Assembly: GCA_965204375.1 (NCBI GenBank)
Contig: OZ241986.1
Coordinates: 2,304,001-2,368,000 of the forward strand
Direction: 5' to 3'
Source: Candidatus Latescibacterota bacterium
Lineage (GTDB): Bacteria > Latescibacterota > UBA2968
DNA: 64,000 bases
Within the stretch, counting starts at the first letter, position 1. Every line of letters begins with the position of its first letter. A program made the position numbers and the translations under genes. The notes below the pieces were generated by a model. That model searched no databases, was not told the DNA's origin, and saw only the letters and a program-made list of their open reading frames with translations. Positions 17,225 to 26,900 of this stretch are shown piece after piece.

Positions 17225-17768
17225 AATGTCTCTAAACTTGATGCTGGAAAAAGTTTTGAAGGAAGATGCGCTAAGAAAAAAAAGAAATAGTGATTTGAGT
17301 CTTCGAGAGCGCCAAGCGAAGATGATAGTTCAAGTCGTCGGTGCTCTCGTGCCCGTCACTGCGATACGTCTGAACAAGTTTAGCCACTTTTCCGCTTTGA
17401 AGAGCGACAATTCCCGGACCAAAAAATGCGATTATCTATTGATCGTTGAATTGGACGGTATTATTCACGCCGTTTTTATTGAACTAAAAAAGACGTTTAC
17501 TGAAGATGATGAAGCAAAAGAACAGCTACGACGATCACGGCCTTTTCTCGCTTACCTTATTTCTGTCTGCGAAATCGAAAACGAGCTTTCTCTTGAGCCG
17601 AAACCCATCGAAAAATACGTTATTATCGCAGAAAAATTTAGCGAGAGATTCGATAAACAGCGAGTGAATGTTAAGCCAAACAACATTCCTACAGAACAGT
17701 ACAAGGGAATAGAAATAAAAAACATAGTAAAGACCACAGTCTCTCTTGCCGACTTGACAAACAGCTAA
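17211..17768 (+). CDS. Hypothetical protein with PD-(D/E)xK-like motif, coupled to the ATPase
   Basis: KKCDYLLI...VFIELKK...AKEQL. The start overlaps or abuts the ATPase stop (alternative ATG 17226). Confidence 0.7.
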   Translation: MGKRKMSLNLMLEKVLKEDALRKKRNSDLSLRERQAKMIVQVVGALVPVTAIRLNKFSHFSALKSDNSRTKKCDYLLIVELDGIIHAVFIELKKTFTEDDEAKEQLRRSRPFLAYLISVCEIENELSLEPKPIEKYVIIAEKFSERFDKQRVNVKPNNIPTEQYKGIEIKNIVKTTVSLADLTNS

Positions 17769-17831
17769 ATCTGAGCAAGTTTACTCGAAGACCTGACCCA
17801 GAATGGGTTTTTGAATAAAAGGAGATCCATA

Positions 17832-17987
17832 GTGGGTTACTGGCAGATCGCAACAGGGTCCGAAGGCCGCGACTATGCTGAATATTTTTTTCCTACAGAT
17901 CGTTATCCCCGAGATGATACAATAGAAGGAGCACTTGAAGTATTTCGACTACTTCTTCCACAGATTTCAAACAGATCCATATTTTGA
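17832..17987 (+). pseudogene. 51-aa mini-ORF, probable gene remnant
   Basis: AAGGAG RBS, then GTG: MGYWQIATGSEGRDYAEYFFPTDRYPRDDTIEGALEVFRLLLPQISNRSIF*. Confidence 0.4.
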
Positions 17988-17993
17988 TTTTTC

Positions 17994-19436
17994 ATGCCCT
18001 ACAACATCCTCCTCATCCTGACCGATCAACAGCGCTGGGACTCCCTCGGTTGTTGCGGTGTAAGCGGCGTACACACCCCCAATCTCGACCGCCTCGCCAG
18101 TGAAGGCACGCGCTACGACCAGTGCTATGTCAACAACCCGATATGCACGCCCAGTCGCGCCAGCCTCTGGACCGGCAAACACCTGCCCGGCCACGGCGTC
18201 TATCGCCTGCACGACGTCTTACCCCAGGATGAAATCCTCTTTCCACATCACCTGCGCGAAGCCGGATACGACACTGCGCTCTTTGGCAAACTCCACGTTG
18301 CCGGTCACATGTGGGAAATGCAATACCGCCACCGCTTCGACGGCTTCAACACCTACGAATGGGCACCCGATCCCAATGGATATCGCGGCTGTGACACCGC
18401 GTACTTCCGCTGGCTTGCGGTACACCACCCCGACATTCTCCAACGCTGGAAACGCGACGGCAACAGCATCGGTCATGTGCGTGCCGAGAGCCACTTCACC
18501 ACCTGGGCCGCCGACCGCACCATCGACTATCTCCACCGCATGCAGGGCACACATCAGCCCTTCTTCTGTTGCATGAGCGTCTTTGATCCGCACAGTCCCT
18601 ATACAAATTATCCCAAAGAATACGCCGATTACCTCGACTTCGATGCCCTGCCCGAACCCTTTGCCGTAGATGAATCCTTTGACCATCGCCCAATCGCACA
18701 CTGGCGAGAGCACAACGGGCGATCTTTCCCCTCAACGGACACCCTGCGCGAAAGCCGCATCGGCTACCACGCGGCCATCACCCTCATCGACGAACAAATC
18801 GGGCGCGTCTTGCAAACACTCGACGACACAAATTTTGCGGACAACACCATCGTCATCTTTGCCAGCGACCACGGCGACATGCTCGGCGACCACGGCCTCA
18901 CCGTCAAAGGCGCATACATGTACGATGCCTGCACCCGGGTGCCCATGATCATCCGCGCACCGGGCACATCCGGCGGTCAAATCATCGACGCGCCCTGCCA
19001 ACTTCACGACATTGCCGCAACCGCACTCGCCATCGCCGGATGCGAACAACCCGACCACATGCCCGATGCATGCGACCTCCTGGACATCAACGCCTTGCAA
19101 CAACGCGGCTATGCCGTCTGCATGCACCGCAACTCGAGCACCACGCGCGGGGGCTATCACAACCCGGAATTGCATATCACCATGTGGCGAGAAAACCGCT
19201 ACAAACTCAGCATCTACCACGCGCCACAACCCGGACCTGACGATTGCCCCGGCGAACTCTTTGACCTGGAAACAGACCCCGACGAAATGAACAACCTCTG
19301 GTTCGACGCCGACATGTCCGACACGCGCGACCAACTCATCCACAAACTCACGACTTTTCTCGTACAACAAGACGCACAGGGACGCGCGAGAGGTAGCGAA
19401 GCCCTGCCACCGGGATTTTGGAAAGATAGCTCATGA
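17994..19436 (+). CDS. Cys-type (formylglycine-dependent) sulfatase
   Basis: NILLILTDQQR, canonical CTPSRASLWTG, GKLH, DPHSPY and SDHGD motifs. Confidence 0.95.
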   Translation: MPYNILLILTDQQRWDSLGCCGVSGVHTPNLDRLASEGTRYDQCYVNNPICTPSRASLWTGKHLPGHGVYRLHDVLPQDEILFPHHLREAGYDTALFGKLHVAGHMWEMQYRHRFDGFNTYEWAPDPNGYRGCDTAYFRWLAVHHPDILQRWKRDGNSIGHVRAESHFTTWAADRTIDYLHRMQGTHQPFFCCMSVFDPHSPYTNYPKEYADYLDFDALPEPFAVDESFDHRPIAHWREHNGRSFPSTDTLRESRIGYHAAITLIDEQIGRVLQTLDDTNFADNTIVIFASDHGDMLGDHGLTVKGAYMYDACTRVPMIIRAPGTSGGQIIDAPCQLHDIAATALAIAGCEQPDHMPDACDLLDINALQQRGYAVCMHRNSSTTRGGYHNPELHITMWRENRYKLSIYHAPQPGPDDCPGELFDLETDPDEMNNLWFDADMSDTRDQLIHKLTTFLVQQDAQGRARGSEALPPGFWKDSS

Positions 19437-20596
19437 CAAAAACCATCATCATGCCCAAATACGGACTTCAGCAAGACAACGGCACCGTCGTTGAATGGCG
19501 CGTCAAAGAAGGCGACCACGTCAACAAGGGCGACATCCTCCTCGACCTGGAAACAGACAAAGCCCTCTTCGAATACGAATCGCCCGAAAGCGGTTACGTC
19601 CGCAAACTCGTCGCCCAAAACGGCGAAGAAGTGCCAGTGCTCTCGGTCATTGCCATCATCACCGACGAAGCCGACGAAGCCATTGAAGATATAGCACCTG
19701 CGAGCACTGACTCACCCATAGAGGAAACGCGCCAGATAACGGACACCGCAGAGCGAGAACCCGCGCTGGAAGCCCCCACCCAGCGCATCAAAAGATCTCC
19801 TGCCGCCCGTCGCCGCGCCCGTGAACTCAACATTGACCTCGCCAACATCGCAGGCACGGGTCCAGGTGGTCGCATTGTACTCGCCGATGTCGAACTCGCG
19901 GCATCTGCGGCACCATCCTCCACCACACTATCGCGCATGCGCCAGGCCATTGGCAGAACCATGGCCTATAGCAAAAGCACCATCCCGCACTTCTACGTTG
20001 CCACTGAAATCGACATGACCGACGCGGAAACCTGGCGCAAAAACCTCGCAGAAACCGACGCCATCGTGCTCTCTGTCACCGACCTCTTTGTCAAAGCCGC
20101 CGCCGATGCCCTCACCCAATACCCGGCGCTCAACGCCAGCCTCGATGGAGATACCGCCGTTATCGTACACGACACAGTCGATATCGGCCTTGCCGTTGGC
20201 ACCGATGACGGCCTCGTCGTCCCGGTCATCCCAAATGCCGATCGGGCATTCCTGACCGACCTCGCCGACGAACGCACCCGGCGCGTCGATGAAGCCAGGC
20301 AGGGCAGATTGCGCGGCGATGCCAGTGCCACCTTCACCATTTCGAACCTGGGGATGTACGGCATTACATCCTTCACCGCCATTGTCAATCCCCCCGAAGC
20401 CGCCATCTTAGCTGTCGGTGCAGCCATCGCTCGCGTTGTCCCCATCGGCGATCCCATGACCATCGCTGTTCGCCAAATCGCAGAAGTCACACTCTCCGCC
20501 GACCACCGCCTCGTCGATGGGGTGGTCGCGGCTCAATTTTTACAGGCACTAAAACAAAACCTGGAAGACACAAACAAATTGGAAAGTTGGTTGTAA
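19433..20596 (+). CDS. Dihydrolipoamide acyltransferase (E2) of a 2-oxoacid/acetoin dehydrogenase complex
   Basis: Lipoyl domain ETDKA, peripheral-subunit-binding SPAARRRA...GTGPGGRI, FTISNLG and catalytic DHRLVDG. Confidence 0.95.
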   Translation: MTKTIIMPKYGLQQDNGTVVEWRVKEGDHVNKGDILLDLETDKALFEYESPESGYVRKLVAQNGEEVPVLSVIAIITDEADEAIEDIAPASTDSPIEETRQITDTAEREPALEAPTQRIKRSPAARRRARELNIDLANIAGTGPGGRIVLADVELAASAAPSSTTLSRMRQAIGRTMAYSKSTIPHFYVATEIDMTDAETWRKNLAETDAIVLSVTDLFVKAAADALTQYPALNASLDGDTAVIVHDTVDIGLAVGTDDGLVVPVIPNADRAFLTDLADERTRRVDEARQGRLRGDASATFTISNLGMYGITSFTAIVNPPEAAILAVGAAIARVVPIGDPMTIAVRQIAEVTLSADHRLVDGVVAAQFLQALKQNLEDTNKLESWL

Positions 20597-20608
20597 AAAG
20601 GAGCCTTT

Positions 20609-21571
20609 ATGTCCCTACCCTCTGAAATCCTGATCAAAATGTACCGCGCCATGCTCCGCATCCGCCGTTTTGAAGAACAAATATGGGAAGTCTATACCGG
20701 CGGCCTCATGCACGGACTCGCGCACCTCTACATCGGCGAAGAAGCCGTTGCCGTGGGCGTTTGCGCCGCACTGCGCGACGACGACTTCATCACCAGCACC
20801 CACCGCGGGCACGGGCACTGCGTTGCCAAAGGTGGGAACCTCGAAGCCATGATGGCCGAAGTGATGGGCCGCGTCACCGGGCACTGCCGCGGCAAAGGCG
20901 GATCCATGCACATCGCCGACATGTCCGTTGGCATCCTCGGCGCAAATGGCATTGTCGGCGGCGGATTTGGCATTGCCACAGGCGCAGCACTCTCAGCCCA
21001 AAAACGCGGCACCGACCAGGTTGCCGTCTGCTTCTTTGGCGACGGCGCCTCCAATCAGGGCATCTTCTTCGAAGTCATGAACTTCGCCGCAATATGGAAA
21101 CTCCCGGTCATCTACGTCTGTGAAAACAACCACTACGGCGAATACACCCCCACCGGAAACGTCACCGCGGGCAAAAGCATCGCCGATCGCTCTCTCCCCT
21201 TCGGCATTCCCAGCACAACCGTAGATGGCAGCGACGCCATTGCCGTGTACGAAGCCACTGCCCGAGCAGTCGAACGCGCCAGAAAGGGCGATGGCGCCAC
21301 ACTCATCGAATGCGACACGTACCGCTATCGCGGGCACCACGTTGGCGATCCCGGAGAAGGCTATCGCACAAAAGAAGAAATCGAATCCTGGATGGCCAAA
21401 GACCCCATCCAGCAACTCCGCACAAAAATACTGGATGACAACATCGCCTCTGGAGCCGAACTCGATGCAGAAGAGCGCGAAGTCGAAAAAGAAATGGAAA
21501 ACGCGCTCGAAGCAGCCAAAGCCGCGCCTTATCCCGATGTTGAGGAGGTCAATCAACATGTCTATGCGTGA
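20609..21571 (+). CDS. ThDP-dependent dehydrogenase E1 alpha subunit (AcoA/PdhA-like)
   Basis: HLYIGEEA, STHRGHGH, GKGGSMH, ThDP motif GDGA...ENN and YRYRGH. Confidence 0.95.
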   Translation: MSLPSEILIKMYRAMLRIRRFEEQIWEVYTGGLMHGLAHLYIGEEAVAVGVCAALRDDDFITSTHRGHGHCVAKGGNLEAMMAEVMGRVTGHCRGKGGSMHIADMSVGILGANGIVGGGFGIATGAALSAQKRGTDQVAVCFFGDGASNQGIFFEVMNFAAIWKLPVIYVCENNHYGEYTPTGNVTAGKSIADRSLPFGIPSTTVDGSDAIAVYEATARAVERARKGDGATLIECDTYRYRGHHVGDPGEGYRTKEEIESWMAKDPIQQLRTKILDDNIASGAELDAEEREVEKEMENALEAAKAAPYPDVEEVNQHVYA

Positions 21572-22547
21572 AATGACTTATGGCGAAGCCGTCAAAGAAG
21601 CCATGGCCGAAGAAATGCGCCGCGATCCCACAGTCTTTCTCATGGGAGAAGATGTCGGCAAAGCGGGTACCGTATTCAAAGTCCTCCTCGGTTTGCACGA
21701 CGAATTTGGCGACGACCGCGTCATCGACACGCCCATTGCAGAAGCGGGTCTCGTCGGCCTCGGCGTCGGTGCTGCGCTTACCGGCTCGCGCCCCATTGTC
21801 GATATCATGTTTGGCGACTTCATAACCCTGGCAATGGACCAGATCGTAAACCAGGCCGCCAAACTGCGCTACATGTCCGGTGGTCAGGCCATCGTGCCCA
21901 TCACCATCCGCTCCACAATGGGTGCGGGGCGCTCCTCTGCCGCGCAGCATTCGCAAAGCTTACACGCCTGGCTCGCGCACATCCCCGGCCTCAAAGTCGC
22001 CATTCCCTCCACACCCGCCGACGCCAAGGGCCTCTTCAAAAGTGCTGTTAGAGACGACAACCCCGTCGTCATTTACGAAGACAAAATGATGTACGCCCTC
22101 AAAGGCATGGTCCCCACAGAAGAAGACTACACCATACCCTTTGGACAGGCCGACATCAAACGCGAAGGCGACGACATCACCCTCATCGCCACATCGAGCA
22201 TGGTCCACGTCGCCCTCGAAGCTGCCGACGCCCTTGCCGAACAGGGCATCAGCGTCGAAGTCGTTGACCCGCGCACCCTCGTTCCGCTCGATAGAGAAAC
22301 CCTCATCGAATCCGTAGTCAAAACCACCCGTGCCGTCATCATCGACGAAGGCTATAAAAGTTTTGGTATCACAGGGGAAATCGCCTCCATCGTCTATAAC
22401 GGCGCCTTTGACTACATCGACGCACCCATCGTTCGCCTCGGCGCAATGGACGTACCTGTACCGTTTAGCAAACCCCTCGAAGACGCCACAATCCCCACGC
22501 CCGAAGATGTAATCAAAGCCGTACAGGACATGAAAATGGACCTCTGA
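21558..22547 (+). CDS. Dehydrogenase E1 beta subunit (AcoB/PdhB-like)
   Basis: MGEDVG, DTPIAEAG, AAQHSQS and VDPRTLVPLD motifs. Start moved to ATG 21558 after a GAGGAGG RBS. Confidence 0.95.
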   Translation: MSMREMTYGEAVKEAMAEEMRRDPTVFLMGEDVGKAGTVFKVLLGLHDEFGDDRVIDTPIAEAGLVGLGVGAALTGSRPIVDIMFGDFITLAMDQIVNQAAKLRYMSGGQAIVPITIRSTMGAGRSSAAQHSQSLHAWLAHIPGLKVAIPSTPADAKGLFKSAVRDDNPVVIYEDKMMYALKGMVPTEEDYTIPFGQADIKREGDDITLIATSSMVHVALEAADALAEQGISVEVVDPRTLVPLDRETLIESVVKTTRAVIIDEGYKSFGITGEIASIVYNGAFDYIDAPIVRLGAMDVPVPFSKPLEDATIPTPEDVIKAVQDMKMDL

Positions 22548-22559
22548 CCACCCGGCGCG

Positions 22560-23910
22560 TCAGAACTGCTGCCTGTATTGTAGCAAGATAGCGTGCGTGG
22601 CACGCCCGACAATCGACGCGCGGCGCTCGCCGCTCACCTGCACATCGAGCCGCTCGAACTTCCAATGCGGCCCCAGGCGATAGCTTCTGGTCCCTCGCGT
22701 GGTCGTCATCTCGCCAGAGAGCGTCAGCACCCCGCCAGACGCGAACAGGCCATAGCCCAGGCGGGCATTCAGACGCGCCGCACCAGACCCCGTCGCCTCC
22801 AGACCTTGCCCACGCAGGCCGCGCTCATAGAGCATCCGGATGCCGCTGGCACTATCGCCATAGCCAGGCCCCAGACTGAACGAGAGGCCGCGCCCATCTT
22901 TGCCTGGAATCAACTCGACTTCGATCTGTCCGCTCAATTCCCTGTATCCGCGCCGCACCAGCACGCGCCCGTTGCTCGCCAATGTCAGGCGCTGCACCGC
23001 ATAACTCAGTCCGCTGCCCAATTCTGCCCCACCGCCCGTCTCGCCGTCACCGCCATCGTAGCGTCCCCCCACTTCCAGGGTTGACGACAGCCGCGCCCCG
23101 TTGCCCACAGCGCGATTTTGGGTCGCCTCCAGAGCCATGCGCATGCGGCTGGCATCTACTGTTAGTCCCACGATCCCGGCCCCTTTCAGGCTGCTGTCTG
23201 CCACCTCGAGACTGGTCCACATGGTCTCGCTCTTGAGGCGCAGTCTGGTCGCCCCCAGTGCCACTGCTTGCGTGCTCAGGCCCCCGCCGGCAGTGCGGGT
23301 GTTCACGTCGCTTGATCGGGTGCCGATCTCCAAACCGCCTCTACCATAGCCCGCCGTGATCCACGCCTCCCAGTCGTTTCGCCTCCAGTTCGCGTAGGGA
23401 TGGACGCTGGCGAGGATCAGGTTGTACGCATCGCCGTTCCCTGTGCCCGATAAGTCCAGTTCGCTCAGGCTCCACGCCGCTGCTATCCCGGCGATATAGT
23501 CATTGAAAAGGCGGGCGTCCGCCCCCAGATGGATCGTGAACAGGTCGCCGTTCCAGGCCGCTGCACCGCCGCGACTGGCGAAGTTTCGGTAGTCACCGCC
23601 ACCCCAGAGGGCGAAGGAGGACGCGTACTGCTGTGGTGATGCCGAGTGAGATGCCAGCACGAAATCGCTGCTGTTCATCATGCTCTTAAAGGTGCTATTC
23701 ATCATGTCCTTGAAGATGCTACTCATCATGTGTCGGGAGGTAGATGCATCTCTGTTCAGAGCATAGAATAGGCCAGGCCAGCCGCCGGGTAGCGAGAACA
23801 GACTGGTCGGTAGCTCGGAACCGCCACCGTCTCGCGCTCGCCCGATGCGTCGTGTGATCGCGCCTACGCGCTGATCGGCCAGTGCCCGCGCCAGATCCGC
23901 CAGCAGGGCT
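22560..23910 (-). other. Linker helix and autotransporter-like beta-barrel domain of the giant protein
   Basis: LLADLARALADQRVGAITRRI helix, then ALWGGGDY, HLGAD, SVHPY, TAGYGRG, GGRYDGGDGETGGGAELG and terminal LQYRQQF. Confidence 0.8.
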
Positions 23911-26900
23911 GGATTGACCGCGATGTCGTTGTCGGTCACGGTGACTCGCACAGGAGTGGTCGTGGTCACCTCGTCGTAGCCACTGACTACATGGGTGATC
24001 GTGGTACTCTCAGAGTATGCGTCATCGTCCTCTGTGGTGGTCAGGCTCACTGTCTGTGCCCTACTCCATGTATCAGGTGTGAATGTCAGGACACCACTCA
24101 CCCGCGTCACGCCTGTCACATCGCTGGTCGCGCGCACCGTCACAGTACCAGAGGGTCGCGTATCCAGCACCACTGTGTATGTGCCAGTGCCCCCTTCCGC
24201 GATGGTCAGTGCAACTGGCTCTATCGTCACACCAGGCACCCCATCATCCATCACAGCCACCATCACAGGCTCAGCAGTGGTCACACCGTCGTAGCGACTG
24301 ACCACATGGGTGATCATAGTGCTTTCAGAGTATGCATCATCGTCCTGCATGCCAGTGACAGTGATCGTCTGCGCCTCGTTCCAGGTATCAGGTGTGAACG
24401 TCACAGACACTGGTGATATTGTCACTATATCTGTTGTACCGTTGATCGGGGTCACTGTCACAGTACCAGAGGGTCGTGCGTTCAATACCACTGTGTACGT
24501 GCTAAAGCCCCCTTCGGTGATGGTCAATGCGGTGGGAACTACTGTCACACCCCCGTCTGTATCCGTCGGTACCTTATCATTGTCCGCAATCGTCAATTCC
24601 GTATCCGTCACCGCCAGGTCGGTAGCAGAACCACTCATCGAAACCGTTTCTTCCCCCTCTGCTATCGCATCATTTACAGGCGTCAGCGTGAATGTCTCCA
24701 TCCCACTCGTCTGACCAGCCACTATCGTCACTGTGAAATCCGACACTGCACCATAGTCCGTACCTTCTGTTGCGCTGTCACTGCCATCACCCACGCTCAC
24801 TGTCACCGTCGTCGCCACCGTCCGCGCATCCGCATTCAGCGTCGCTGTCACGGTCACCGTCGTCGCGCTGTCATCCTCACCCACCGACGATGGAACCACC
24901 GTCAAAGCCACCGAACTCGAAGCCGTATCATCATCTCTGAGCGTCAACTCTGTATCCGTCGCTGTCAGACCAGACGCGCTACCATTCACCTGAACCGTCT
25001 CATCTCCTTCCGCAACCGAATCATTCACCGGCGTAATCGTAAACGTCCCTGTCCCATCCGTCTGACCCGCTGCGATCGTCACTGTGACGTTACTCACCGG
25101 CCCATAATCGTCTGGCGAAGTCGCTGTCCCATCTGCCACGCTCACCGTCACGGTCGTCGCCACAGGCAGTGCTGAACCATTCAACATCGCTGTCACAGTC
25201 ACCGTCTGAGAACCACCATCCTCCGTCACAATATTCGGACTCAAGCTCAACCCAATCCCTGTCGGTGGCGCATCATTGTCCACGATTTTCAAGGCAGCAC
25301 CCACCACTGTGAAATTCGTCGCTGTGCCCTTGATCGAAACCGTCTCATTACCCTCTGCTATCGAATCGTCCACCGGACTCAGCGTAAACGTTCCCATACC
25401 GCTCGTCTGTTCTGCTCCTATTGTCACCGTGAAATTCGACACTGTATCATAGTCCGTACCCTCGGTGGCACTGTCACTGCCATCACCCACAGAGACCGTC
25501 ACTGTCGTCGCCACCGTCCTGGCAGATTCATTCAACGTCGCTGTCACGGTCACTGTCGTCGCGCTTGCACCCTCACCAACCTCCGAGGGAGAAACTGACA
25601 ACGCCACCTCAGTCGAAGCCGTATCATCATCAGTAACAGACACCGCCACAGAGTCAGCAGTGGTCACAGAACCATACCCACTCACCGCATGACTGATCGT
25701 AGCACTCTCAGAGTATGCGTCATAGTCCTGAACCCCTGTCACCGTTACCGTCTGTGCCGTGTTCCAGCTAAATGGTGTGAACCTCATAGACACTGGTGAT
25801 ACCCTCGCCACACCCGTCGCACCACTACTCGCACGCACCGTCACAGTACCAGAGGGTCGCGTGTCCAATACCACTGTGTACGTGCCAGTGCCTCCTTCCG
25901 CGATGGTCAGTGCAGTTGGCTCTATCGTCACACCGGGAACCTCATCATCCTTCACAGACACCGCCACAGGATCAGCAGTGGTCACAGAACCATAGCCACT
26001 GACCACATGGGTGATCATGGTGCTCTCAGAGTATGCGTCATAGTCCTGAACCCCTGTCACCGTTACCGTCTGTGCCGTGTTCCAGCTAAATGGTGTGAAC
26101 CTCATAGACACTGGTGATACCCTCGCCACACCCGTCGCACTACTACTCGCACGCACCGTCACAGTACCAGAGGGTCGCGTGTCCAATACCACTGTGTACG
26201 TGCCAGTGCCTCCTTCGGCGATGGTCAATGTGGTGGGAACTACCGTCACACCCCGTTCGTCCGTACCCGTCGTCGCGTCATTGTCCGCAATCGTCAATTC
26301 CGTATTCGTCACCGTCAGATCGGTAGCAGATCCCGTCACTGAAATCTTCTCATCCTCCTCCGCTATCGAATCGTTCACCGGCCTCAGCATGAACATCCCC
26401 GTCCCACTTGTCTGACCAGCCACAATCGTCACTGTGAAGTCATTCACCTCTGTGTAGTCCGTACCCTCTATCGCACTGTCACCGACATCACCCACAGACA
26501 CCATCACCGTCGTCGCCATCGTCCGGGCATCTGCATTCAACGTCGCTGTCACAGTCACCGTCGTCTCGCTGTCACCCTCACCCACTGACGAGGGAACCAC
26601 CTTCAGAACCACCGAACTCGACTGGGTTTCTGTCGGCTCCGTGTCATCGTCTGTAATTGTCAGCGATGTCCCATTCACCGTCAGACCCGGCGTCGAACCC
26701 GTCACCGAAACCGTCTCGCTCCCTTCCACAATCGAATCATTCACTGGCGTAATCGTAAACGTCCCCATACCACTCGTCTGTCCAGCAGCAATTGTCACCC
26801 TGAAGTCAGACACGGTACCATAGTCCGTTCCCTCCGTCGCGCTACCATCTCCCACAGACACCATCACCGTCGTCACCACTGTCCGGGCATCTGCATTCAG

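Noticed and set aside
21225-21557. N-terminal extension of E1 beta given in the ORF track
   Set aside because: It overlaps E1 alpha by more than 300 bp; the RBS and homology indicate a start at 21558.
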